NCBI GenBank assembly: GCA_027593235.1
Contig: JAQCIU010000016.1
Span: 1-64,000, forward strand
Origin: Chloroflexota bacterium
GTDB taxonomy: Bacteria > Chloroflexota > Dehalococcoidia > UBA2979
Direction of reading: 5' to 3'
Length of the DNA stretch: 64,000 nucleotides
The position numbers and the translations under genes are program-made. The first letter of the stretch is position 1. Every line of letters starts with the position of its first letter. Under the pieces are notes generated by a model. It saw only the letters and a program-made list of their open reading frames with translations, was not told the origin of the DNA and searched no databases. Positions 50,813 through 60,155 of this stretch are shown here, piece after piece.

Positions 50813-50896
50813 AGCCGGCTAGTCACCCCCGCGCCGGCTTAGCCAGCTAGTCACCACCCCGCCGGCTTAGCCGGCTAGTCACCCCCGCGCCGGCGG
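50813..50896. repeat. 3 x 28-bp tandem repeat duplicating the comM 3' end
   Basis: AGCCGGCTAGTCACCCCCGCGCCGGCTT at 50813; variant copy at 50841; third copy at 50869 overlaps the comM stop. Confidence 0.9.
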
Positions 50897-52388
50897 TACT
50901 GGATCGCCTCGGCGAGGTGCGCGGTGCCGATCGCTTCCGATTCCGCGAGGTCGGCAATCGTCCGCGCGACCTTGAGCACCCGATGGAAGGAGCGCGCAGA
51001 CAGCCCGAGGCGTTCCGTCGCGGACGCCAGGATCGGGCGCGCCGCGTCATCGAGGCGGTCCTGGCAGAAGCGCCGGACATCGATCGGGTCCATCTCGGCG
51101 TTCGTCATCGCACGCGAGCCGGTGAGCCGCGCCTCCTGGGCTGCGCGCGCGGTGATCACGCGCTCGCGAATCACCGAGGACCGCTCGCCGGTCGGCGCTC
51201 CGGCCAGCTCCTGGTACTCGACGCGCGGCACCTCAGCGAAGAGGTCGAAACGATCGAGCATCGGTCCGGAGATGCGGTGCTGGTACCTCGATACGGTCGA
51301 CTCGGAACACGAGCAGGAGCGTTTGCTGTCGCCGTAGTAGCCACAGGGGCAGGGATTCATCGCGGCGACGAGGAGGATCCGGGCCGGGAAGGTGACCGAG
51401 CCGCGCGCTCGGGAGATCGTGACGACGCCAGCTTCGAGCGGTTCACGCAGCGCCTCAAGCGCCTTGCTGCTGTACTCCGGGAACTCATCGAGGAAAAGCA
51501 CACCGCGGTGCGCGAGCGACACCTCGTCGGGCCGGATCAGCGAGCCGCCGCCGACGAGGCCGGCGTGCGAGATGGTGTGGTGGGGCGATCAGAACGGTCG
51601 CTCGCGGAGCAGCGGATGCGCCCGGCTCAGCAGCGCGGCGACCGAGTAGATCTTCGAGACCTCGATCGATTCGAGCGGGGCCAGCGGAGCGACCAGGCCG
51701 GGCAAGGCACGCGCGATCAGCGTCTTTCCGGACCCCGGGGGTCCCTGCATCATCAGGTTATGTCCGCCCGATGCGGCTACTTCGACGGCCCGTTTGACGT
51801 GCTCCTGCCCTCGGACGACCGACAGATCGTAGGTCTCGATCGCGGAGAGGCATTCGGGCGCCGGCAGCTCTTCTTCCACCCACTCGGCGGGCGCCTTCTG
51901 GAGTTGACCGAGGGATCCGAGGCCATAGGCGCGCACGCCGCCCACCATCCGCGCTTCGCGCAGGTCCTCGGCGGGTACAACGACGGCGCCAATCCGCTCG
52001 GCGTGACACATCGCCACGAACGGCAGTACGCCGCTGACGTGGCGGAGACGGCCGTCGAGGGAGAGTTCACCCATCAGCGCCGTATCGGCGAAGTGATCCT
52101 CGATCTGCCCCGAGGCCACGAGGATCGCGACGGCGATCGGCAGAGCGTAGGCGGCCCCTCTTTGCGGACGTCCGCCGGGGCAAGGTTGACGGTGATCCGC
52201 CGCAGCGGAAACTCGAAGCCAGAGTTCCGGATCGCGGCGCGAACGCGCTCCCGCGCCTCCTGTACCACCGTGTCCGGCAGGCCGACGATGTTGAACGCCG
52301 GCAACCCGCTCCCGATGTCGACCTCCACGTCGACCGCGATACCATCGATGCCTTGAAGTGCGCCACTGCGAATTTATGCGAGAGTCAT
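50875..52388 (-). pseudogene. comM: comM/yifB Mg-chelatase-like AAA+ ATPase, inactivated
   Basis: [50 protein letters not shown]; TAA at codon 5 (52374-76), frameshift near 52150, TGA at 51589-91. Confidence 0.93.
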
Positions 52389-52411
52389 ATGCGAGATTCT
52401 CGCACAGTAAC

Positions 52412-52425
52412 AGAACGAATGTGCT
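52412..52425. promoter_or_regulatory. possible LexA (SOS) box upstream of comM
   Basis: AGAAC-GAAT-GTGCT, one mismatch to AGAAC-N4-GTTCT. Confidence 0.5.
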
Positions 52426-52488
52426 AGTGCAGTGTCACTCAAGGATGGGCAGACGTCCTCGGGGGATCGTCGGCGCTACTAGTGCCGC

Positions 52489-54639
52489 TTACTGGAGGGC
52501 GCGGTCGACGGAGATCACGCCTCGGACGGCGTCCAGGGCGGAGATCAGGTGCATGAACTGGGCGCCGCCCTCGGTCTCGAGGGTGAGGTGCAGCGTCGTC
52601 GTGCGGTCGTCGTGCTCCTGGGTGCGGACACCGACCATGTTGACCCCGGCGTTGGCCGCGAGGGTGCTCACGTCGCGCAGCAGCCCAACGCGATCCCAGG
52701 CGTGAACCTCGACACGCGCGGCGTAGGTGTCCTCACGCGGGCCCCAGTCACAATCGAGGAGCCGCTCCGGCTCGAGGGCGCGCGCAATGTTCCCGCAGGT
52801 TCCTCGATGGACCGTGACACCGCCGCCGCGGGTAGTGAAGCCGACGATCGGATCGCCGGGCAGCGGGCTACAGCATTTCGCGAGGACAACGTGCAGCCCG
52901 GCCGTGCCAAGCACCCGCACACCGGGCGTCCCGCCGACCTTGATCGTTGACGGCGCGAACTCCGAAGGCGGCGTCACCGGAGCGTGCTCCGCAAGCACGT
53001 TGCCGAGGTGCTGCGAGGAGACGTCGCCGGACCCGATCGCGGAGTAGAGATCTTCCATCGAGGCGAGCTTGAAGCGCTCCCACATGTTGATCGGAACGCG
53101 GTCGATCGCCAGGCGCTTCATCTCGCGTTCAAGCTGCTCCTTGCCGCGCTCCACGTTCTCGCCGCGCAACTGGCGGCGGAACCACTGGCGCACCTTCTGG
53201 CGCGTGTGGCTGGAACCGAGGTAGCCGAGGCCCGGCATCATCCAGTCGCGCGACGGCCCCTTCTGGGTGCGGCTGCGCAGGATTTCAACGACATCGCCGT
53301 TCTGGAGTTTGGTGTTGAGCGGGACGAGCCGGCCGTTGACCTTCGAGCCGGCGCAGGCGTGACCCAGGTCCGTGTGGACGCGATAGGCGAAGTCGATCGG
53401 GGTGCACCCACGGGGAAGGACGTGGACGTCGCCGCGCGGGGTGTTCACGAAGACCTGGTCGGCGAAGACATCGGTCTTCACCGATTCCAGGAAATCCTCG
53501 GCCCCTTCCTGTTGCCACTCGATCAGGTGGCGGAGCCAGGACATGCGCTCTTCGTACTGCACATCACGCTTGCCCGGCTCGCTCTTGTACTGCCAGTGGG
53601 CGGCAACGCCGTACTCCGCGACCTCGTGCATTTCGAAGGTCCGAATCTGCACCTCGAAGGGGCGCGTGCCGGGACCCAGCACCGAGGTGTGCAGCGACTG
53701 GTAGAGCGATTCCTTGGGGCTGGCGATGTAGTCGTCGAAGGAGCTGGGGATCGGCCGCCAGGTCTGGTGCACGACGCCGAGGGCGGCGTAACAATCAGAC
53801 ACGTTGTCCACGAGTACACGCAGCGCGAGCAAGTCATGGATCTGATCGAAGGTCTTGCCTTCGCGGGTGTACCGCTGCTCCTTCTCGTAGATCGAATAGA
53901 GATGCTTCGCGCGGCCGGTCACCTCGGCGGTGATGCCAACCTCATCGAGGGCGTCGCGCAACTCGGTCTCCACGCGGCGGATGTAGCGCTCGCGCTCGCT
54001 GCGCTTCGAGGCGAGCGTGGAGGCGACGCGGCGGTACTGCTCCGGCTCCAGGAACCGGAACGCCAGATCCTCCAGCTCCCACTTGAACTGCCAGACCCCA
54101 AGGCGGCCGGCGAGGGGCGCATAGATGTCGCGGGTTTCCTGCGCGATCACGCGCTGGCGGTCGGCTGCCAGGTGTTGCAGCGTGCGCATGTTGTGGAGGC
54201 GATCGGCCAGTTTGATGATGACGACACGCACGTCCTCCGCCATCGCGAGGAACATCTTGCGGAGGGTCTCCGCATCGGCGTGCAGCGGATCCATCGTGGG
54301 CAGATGCTCGATCTTGGTGGCGCCCTCGACGAGTCGCCCCACCTCGGCACCGAAGCGCTCGCTCAGCTCCTCGACGCTGACGTCACAGTCTTCGACCACG
54401 TCGTGGAGGAGGCCCGCTTCGATCGTGAGCGCATCCATCCTCAGGTCGGCGAGCATCGAGGAGACGGCGATTGGGTGCGTAACGTAGGGCTCACCGGATC
54501 GGCGGGTCTGGCCCGCGTGGGCGGCAATCGAGAACTCGAGGGCTTCGCTGATCGCACTGACGCGATCGGCGGGCAGATAGGTCTCGAGCGCAGCGAGGAG
54601 ATCGCGGGCGTCTGAGGCCACGGAGCTAGGGGCGACCAT
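52489..54639 (-). CDS. rel: bifunctional (p)ppGpp synthetase/hydrolase
   Basis: HAGQTRRSGEPY, LHDVVED, KLADRLHNMRTL, YQSLHT, EVQIRT, TGS and ACT domains. Confidence 0.97.
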   Translation of the reverse strand: MVAPSSVASDARDLLAALETYLPADRVSAISEALEFSIAAHAGQTRRSGEPYVTHPIAVSSMLADLRMDALTIEAGLLHDVVEDCDVSVEELSERFGAEVGRLVEGATKIEHLPTMDPLHADAETLRKMFLAMAEDVRVVIIKLADRLHNMRTLQHLAADRQRVIAQETRDIYAPLAGRLGVWQFKWELEDLAFRFLEPEQYRRVASTLASKRSERERYIRRVETELRDALDEVGITAEVTGRAKHLYSIYEKEQRYTREGKTFDQIHDLLALRVLVDNVSDCYAALGVVHQTWRPIPSSFDDYIASPKESLYQSLHTSVLGPGTRPFEVQIRTFEMHEVAEYGVAAHWQYKSEPGKRDVQYEERMSWLRHLIEWQQEGAEDFLESVKTDVFADQVFVNTPRGDVHVLPRGCTPIDFAYRVHTDLGHACAGSKVNGRLVPLNTKLQNGDVVEILRSRTQKGPSRDWMMPGLGYLGSSHTRQKVRQWFRRQLRGENVERGKEQLEREMKRLAIDRVPINMWERFKLASMEDLYSAIGSGDVSSQHLGNVLAEHAPVTPPSEFAPSTIKVGGTPGVRVLGTAGLHVVLAKCCSPLPGDPIVGFTTRGGGVTVHRGTCGNIARALEPERLLDCDWGPREDTYAARVEVHAWDRVGLLRDVSTLAANAGVNMVGVRTQEHDDRTTTLHLTLETEGGAQFMHLISALDAVRGVISVDRALQ

Positions 54640-54793
54640 CTTCCGTTGAGGTTATCACCGGGGGTACCGGTGAGGCACGGGGTTTTCCCTGCCTCACGGG
54701 CAGTTCCCGCCCGCCTGCTCGCGTTCGAGACGGCCTGTCCAGGCTGACGCTGCTACTGTTTTTGCCGGGTGGGAACTCAGCGATGGAGGCTTC

Positions 54794-55354
54794 GTGGGAC
54801 GGTTGATCTACTCGGCGATCTGTTCGCTAGACGGATACGTGGCTGACGAGGACGACAACTTCGACTGGGCATTCCCCGGCGAACAGGTCCACGCCTTCAT
54901 CAACGATCTCCAGCGTCCGATCGGCACTCACCTGTACGGCCGCCGCCTCTACGAGGTGATGGCCGCCTGGGAGACGATGCACACGCAGCCGGACCAGAAC
55001 GCGACCGCCCTCGACTTCGCGGCGACCTGGCAAGCGGCGGACAAGATCGTCTACTCCACCACGCTGGACGCTGTCTCGACGGCGAATACTCGCCTTGAGC
55101 GCCAATTCGACGCGGCGTCGATCCGCGAACTCAAGGCGACGACCGACCGCGACATCAGTCTCGGCGGGCCGAACCTCGCGGCGCACGCCCTCGCAGGCGG
55201 GCTCGTCGACGAGGTTTCCCTGTTTCTCGCGCCCGTGATCGTCGGCGGCGGCAACCCCGCGCTCCCCGCCGGCCTTCGTCTCGACCTCGAATTGATCGAG
55301 GAACGGCGCTTTGAGAACGGCTTCGTCTACCTCCGCTACCGCCCCACCACCTAG
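54794..55354 (+). CDS. dihydrofolate reductase-fold / RibD C-terminal domain protein
   Basis: SLDGYV, GRRLYE, GLVDEVSLFLAPVIVGGG. Confidence 0.9.
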   Translation: MGRLIYSAICSLDGYVADEDDNFDWAFPGEQVHAFINDLQRPIGTHLYGRRLYEVMAAWETMHTQPDQNATALDFAATWQAADKIVYSTTLDAVSTANTRLERQFDAASIRELKATTDRDISLGGPNLAAHALAGGLVDEVSLFLAPVIVGGGNPALPAGLRLDLELIEERRFENGFVYLRYRPTT

Positions 55355-55400
55355 CCACGCGCGCTCGACGCTGCGATCGGCGGCTCCGTAGACTCCTCGG

Positions 55401-56669
55401 ATGGCTGACCTGCGCGCACCCCGAGGTATGCACGACGTTCTCCCGGAGGACTCGCCGCTCTGGCGGCACATCCGCCGCGCGGCGGAACGCACCGCCGCGC
55501 GCTACGACTACCACGAAATCATCACCCCAATCGTCGAGGACGAGAGTGTGTTCTTGCGCGCGGTTGGCGCGGAGTCGGACATCGGCTCAAAGGAGATGTA
55601 CTCCTTCGAGGATCGCGGCGGCGACCGCTTGGCCTTGCGCCCGGAAGGCACTGCCGGCGTCGTTCGCGCTTATGTCGAGCACGGCATGGCCAGCCGCCCG
55701 CACCCGCTGCGCTTCTGGTACTTCGGCCCATTCTTCCGCTACGACCGTCCGCAGGCCGGTCGCTACCGCCAGCTCTGGCAGTTCGGCGTCGAGCTGATCG
55801 GCGATCCGACGCCGGCCGCCGACGTTGAGGTGATGGACCTCCAACGCTCCTTCTACGCCGAGCTGGGGCTCACGGACCTCACGCTGCGCATCAACTCGAT
55901 CGGTACGCCGGAAACGCGCCGCCGTTATGTCGAGGCGCTTCGCGAGCACCTCGCCCCGCACGTCGCCACGCTCTCGAAGGACTCGCAGCGCCGCTTCGAG
56001 ACCAACGTGCTGCGCATCCTCGATTCGAAGGACGACGCCGGACACCCCGCCGTGCAGTCCGCCCCCGCGATCGTCGACTACCTCGACGACGAGGACAGCG
56101 CCCACTTCGAGGCAGTGCGCGGCTACCTGGATGCGCTCGGCATCGCCTACACCTTGGATCCGCGGATCGTCCGAGGGCTGGACTACTACACGCGCACCGT
56201 CTGGGAGTTCGAGCCACCAGAAGCGGGCGGCCAGTCCACCGTCGGCGCCGGTGGCCGCTATGACGGCCTGATCCAACTGCTCGGTGGTCAGCCGACCCCC
56301 GCCGTCGGGTTCGGGTCCGGCATCGAACGGATCGCGATCAACCTCCGCGATCGCGGTCTGGCCGAGGCAATCGAGGTCGTGCCGGTCGACGCCGTGACGA
56401 TCCCCCTCGGCGAAGCGGGCCCGACGGCCGCGCTGAAGCTCGCTTCACGTCTGCGTGAGGCGGGACTTCTCGTGCGCAACGGCACGCCCGGCCGGTCGCT
56501 GAAGGCGCAGCTCCGCAGCGCCGGCAACAGCGGCGCGCGCTACGCGCTCATCCTCGGCGATGGCGAGGCTGCCGAGGGTACCGTGCAACTGAAGCCACTC
56601 GCCGCCGAGGGCGACCAGCGCGCCCTGCCGGTCGCCGACGTGCCCGCCGCGCTGAAGCGCACCCCCTAG
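55401..56669 (+). CDS. hisS: histidine--tRNA ligase
   Basis: PRGMHD, LRPEGTA, FRYDRPQAGRYRQ, RGLDYY, GGRYDGL, GSGIER. Confidence 0.97.
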   Translation: MADLRAPRGMHDVLPEDSPLWRHIRRAAERTAARYDYHEIITPIVEDESVFLRAVGAESDIGSKEMYSFEDRGGDRLALRPEGTAGVVRAYVEHGMASRPHPLRFWYFGPFFRYDRPQAGRYRQLWQFGVELIGDPTPAADVEVMDLQRSFYAELGLTDLTLRINSIGTPETRRRYVEALREHLAPHVATLSKDSQRRFETNVLRILDSKDDAGHPAVQSAPAIVDYLDDEDSAHFEAVRGYLDALGIAYTLDPRIVRGLDYYTRTVWEFEPPEAGGQSTVGAGGRYDGLIQLLGGQPTPAVGFGSGIERIAINLRDRGLAEAIEVVPVDAVTIPLGEAGPTAALKLASRLREAGLLVRNGTPGRSLKAQLRSAGNSGARYALILGDGEAAEGTVQLKPLAAEGDQRALPVADVPAALKRTP

Positions 56670-56871
56670 CCCCCGCGAACGGCGGGCCACGAGGTCGGCA
56701 GCGCTCCCACGACGCCAGCGGTCCTCATCCCTCGGTTTCCTCCCAATACGCTCACGTATGTGCGTTTTCCGGCATCACACCGAAGGATGCGCAACATTTT
56801 GGTGACTTGCTGCAATGCCCTTGATGAGAACGAACCGCGACCGCGGGCGTCTGGATTCGGCGAGGGTGCAC

Positions 56872-57174
56872 ATGAGAGCTTCATCAACCTGCGTGGTACG
56901 CCGCGATGACCAGGTCGTGCTCCGCGGTTCCGTCGATTTGCAGTCGGGACCCGGTGGCTGGCGCGCCACGGTCATGGTCCTCCGCTCCTTCGCGATCGAC
57001 GCGCTTCCCGAGGGCCGTTACGAGATCGAGCTGTCGTCCGGCGTCCACGGGGTTCGCCTGGACAAGGTGCGCGCGGCCACCCGAGAGGTCCGGTTCGTCG
57101 GAATCGGTGCGATCCCGACCGAAGTCATCGATGATGCGCGGGTTCCGCGGAACCCATGGCGACGGCGGGCCTAG
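56872..57174 (+). CDS. small beta-rich hypothetical protein
   Basis: GAGGG RBS; 100-aa ORF in a good codon frame between hisS and prfA. Confidence 0.6.
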   Translation: MRASSTCVVRRDDQVVLRGSVDLQSGPGGWRATVMVLRSFAIDALPEGRYEIELSSGVHGVRLDKVRAATREVRFVGIGAIPTEVIDDARVPRNPWRRRA

Positions 57175-57241
57175 CCTCCACCGCTCGCCGAACGCGGAGG
57201 TTCCCCGAGGTCGTACGAGGTGCCGCTGCTAGACTCGTTTC

Positions 57242-58306
57242 ATGCTGGAACGACTGGCCGAAATCGAAGCGCGCTACCAGGAGCTGACGGATCTTCTCTC
57301 TGATCCCGACGTCCTCGCCGACCACCGTCGGATCGAGGAGATCAGCCGCGAGCGCGCCAGCCTCCAGGTCGTTGTCGACCTCTACCGCGCCTACCGCGAG
57401 ACCGAATCCGCGCTCACCGACGCGCGCGCGCTCCTCGATGACGACGACGCTGAGATGGAGCAACTCGGTCGCGACGAGGAAGCGCGCCTCGCGCCGGAGC
57501 TGGAAGACTTGGAGCAGCAGCTCAAAGTGTCGCTGTTGCCGAAGGATCCGGCGGACGAGCGCAACGTGATCGTCGAGATCCGCTCAGGCGCCGGTGGCGA
57601 CGAGGCCGGCCTCTTCGCCGCCGATCTGTTCCGCATGTACCAGCGCTACGCCGAGCGGCGGAACTGGAAGGTCGAGGTCCTCAACACCTCGGCCGCGCAC
57701 TCCGGCGGCTTCAAGGAGATCACCTTCGAGTTGACCGGGCAGGGCGCGTTTTCGCGGCTGAAGTACGAATCGGGCGTCCACCGCGTACAGCGCGTGCCCG
57801 AGACCGAATCACAGGGTCGCATCCACACCTCGACGGCGACCGTCGCCGTACTGCCCGAGGTCGACGACATCGACGTCGACATCAACTGGAACGAGGTCCG
57901 CATCGACATCTTCCATTCAGGTGGCGCCGGTGGTCAGAACGTGAACAAGGTGGCGACGGCCGTGCGCATGACGCACGAACCGACCGGCCTCGTCGTCGTC
58001 TGCCAGGACGAACGTTCGCAGTCCAAGAACCGTGCTCGCGCCGAGTCCGTGCTGCGCGCTCGCATCTACGAGCTGGAGCGCCAGCGTCGCGAGGACGAGG
58101 AGTCAGCGGCCCGGCGCCTGCAAGTGGGCAGCGGCGACCGCGCCGAGAAGATCCGCACGTACAACTTCCCGCAGGACCGGATCACCGATCACCGCGTGAA
58201 CCTCACGATCCATGGCATGCCGCGCGTACTGGACGGCGAACTGGACGACCTCATCGAGGCCGTCAGTTCGGACGAAGAAGCGCGGCTGCTCGCCGCTGCC
58301 TCCTGA
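57242..58306 (+). CDS. prfA: peptide chain release factor 1
   Basis: GAGGDEA, ESGVHRVQRVPETE (PxT), GAGGQNVNK. Confidence 0.97.
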   Translation: MLERLAEIEARYQELTDLLSDPDVLADHRRIEEISRERASLQVVVDLYRAYRETESALTDARALLDDDDAEMEQLGRDEEARLAPELEDLEQQLKVSLLPKDPADERNVIVEIRSGAGGDEAGLFAADLFRMYQRYAERRNWKVEVLNTSAAHSGGFKEITFELTGQGAFSRLKYESGVHRVQRVPETESQGRIHTSTATVAVLPEVDDIDVDINWNEVRIDIFHSGGAGGQNVNKVATAVRMTHEPTGLVVVCQDERSQSKNRARAESVLRARIYELERQRREDEESAARRLQVGSGDRAEKIRTYNFPQDRITDHRVNLTIHGMPRVLDGELDDLIEAVSSDEEARLLAAAS

Positions 58307-58325
58307 TCGCGCACGGAACCCCCTC

Positions 58326-59162
58326 ATGATTACCAGCACCGCAAACGAGCGGATCCGCGCGATCCGCACCCTCCGCCGCCGCAAGGACCGCGATGAGCGC
58401 GGCCTCGCCTACGTCGAGGGCATCCGCGCCGTGCTCGGGGCAATCGAGGCGGGCGCCGACATCGCGCTGCTCGTGGTGTCGCCCGATCAGCTCAGCAGCG
58501 AGCGCGCCCGCGAGGCCCTGACCACCGCCGAGGCGGCAGGCGTCGAGCGCCTCGATGTGACCGCGAAGGTGTTCGAGTCGATCTCCGATCGCGACGGCCC
58601 GCAGGGGCTGGGCGCAGTGGTGCGACAGCGCTGGCGTTCCCTCAAGACGGTGGAACTGGCCGAGGGCGATCGCTGGATCGCGCTGACCGCGGTGCAGGAC
58701 CCGGGCAACCTGGGCACCGTGCTGCGCACCGCCGACGCGACCGGGGCGGCGGGTGTGATCCTGCTGGAATCCGGCGCCGATCCCTGGGACCGCACGGCGA
58801 TGCGAGCGAGCACCGGCGCCGTCTTCACCCAGCACCTCGTGCGTACCGACTGGGCCTCGTTCGCCGAGTGGGCGCGCGCGGCCGGCGCAACCGTGATCGG
58901 TGCCACCGACGACGCGGAGACCTCCTACCGCGACGCCGACTACGGCGCGCGCACCGTCCTGCTGATGGGCAGCGAGCGCGAAGGCCTGAACGGCACCCAA
59001 CGCCGGTTCTGCGACCGGCTGGTCGCGATTCCGATGCGCGGCAGCGTCGACTCGTTGAACCTCGGCGTCGCGGCCTCGCTCGCCCTCTACGAGGTGCTGC
59101 ACCAGCGCGAGGCCACCGCCGACACCGAGACGGGAGCCCCCGTCACCGAGGTGCCCGCGTGA
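58326..59162 (+). CDS. TrmH/SpoU-family RNA methyltransferase
   Basis: ITSTAN, DPGNLGTVLRTADA, MGSEREG, IPMRG, SLNLGVA. Confidence 0.93.
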   Translation: MITSTANERIRAIRTLRRRKDRDERGLAYVEGIRAVLGAIEAGADIALLVVSPDQLSSERAREALTTAEAAGVERLDVTAKVFESISDRDGPQGLGAVVRQRWRSLKTVELAEGDRWIALTAVQDPGNLGTVLRTADATGAAGVILLESGADPWDRTAMRASTGAVFTQHLVRTDWASFAEWARAAGATVIGATDDAETSYRDADYGARTVLLMGSEREGLNGTQRRFCDRLVAIPMRGSVDSLNLGVAASLALYEVLHQREATADTETGAPVTEVPA

Positions 59163-60067
59163 CCGATGGCGGCGCAGCGCCGTCGCGGGTCCGCGATCTG
59201 CTCCGGCTCGCCGCGAATCGGCTGCTCGCCGTCGCCGGTGCCGACGACCTTGATGAGGCCCAGCTCGAGGTGGAATTGCTCTACGGCCGCGCCGCCGGCC
59301 TCGATCGCGTGCACGTACTCGCGGCCGGCGGCGACGCCGTCGATCCGGCGGTCAGCGAGCCCTTCGAGGCCCTCCTGCTGCGCCGGCTGGCGCATGAGCC
59401 GCTGGCGTACATCCTCGGCCAGCGCGAGTTCTACGGCCTGACCTTCGAGGTTGGCGACGGCGCACTCGTGCCACGTCCCGAGACCGAGACTCTGGTGGAG
59501 GCAGCCCTCGCAGCGATTCGCGAGCACCCGCGCAACCGCCGCCTCGTGCGCGTCGCCGACATCGGGACCGGCACCGGGATCGTCGCGATCGCGGTGGCGC
59601 GACATGCGCCCTCGGTGAAGATGTTCGCCGTCGATGCCTCGACCGCCGCGCTGCAGTGGGCCGGGAAGAACCGCCGCCGCCTCGGGCCGATGGAGCGGGT
59701 CGTCCTCCTCACCGGCGATCTGCTCGCACCGTTGAGCGAGCCGCTCGATGTGTTGCTCGCCAACCTCCCGTACGTCCCCACCGAGGAGTACGAGACGCTC
59801 CCCGACGAGATCCGCGCGCACGAGCCGGAACTGGCCGTCGACGGCGGCGACGATGGACTGGACATCTACCGCCGCTTTGCCGAACAGCTCCCCGCGCATC
59901 TCGTCGACGACACCTACGCGGTGCTCGTGGAGATCGGCGCCGGGCAGGCCTTGTTCGCCGAAGACATCCTTCTCGATGCCCTCGGACGCCCGACCAACGC
60001 CGAGGTGCGAACGCACCGCGACCTGCGCGGCATCCGGCGCGTGGTCGAGGTCCGCGTCGGCTACTGA
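59159..60067 (+). CDS. prmC: release factor glutamine methyltransferase
   Basis: RRLAHEPLAYILG, LVPRPETE, DIGTGTG, ANLPY, EPELAVDGG. Confidence 0.94.
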   Translation: MTDGGAAPSRVRDLLRLAANRLLAVAGADDLDEAQLEVELLYGRAAGLDRVHVLAAGGDAVDPAVSEPFEALLLRRLAHEPLAYILGQREFYGLTFEVGDGALVPRPETETLVEAALAAIREHPRNRRLVRVADIGTGTGIVAIAVARHAPSVKMFAVDASTAALQWAGKNRRRLGPMERVVLLTGDLLAPLSEPLDVLLANLPYVPTEEYETLPDEIRAHEPELAVDGGDDGLDIYRRFAEQLPAHLVDDTYAVLVEIGAGQALFAEDILLDALGRPTNAEVRTHRDLRGIRRVVEVRVGY

Positions 60068-60155
60068 CGCCAGACCACCGCTCGCTCGCAATCTGTCGGG
60101 AACCGCACCCCTTGCCGAGTCGTTATGACAAGGCACCCCCGAGGAGCGTGCCGCG

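Noticed and set aside
50813-50896. CRISPR array
   Set aside because: The units are directly adjacent with no unique spacers, there are no cas genes, and the unit derives from the comM 3' end.
51589-51591. TGA in comM as selenocysteine or a genetic code change
   Set aside because: It replaces a conserved Arg (CGA), co-occurs with a TAA and a frameshift, and TGA is a normal stop in many genes here.
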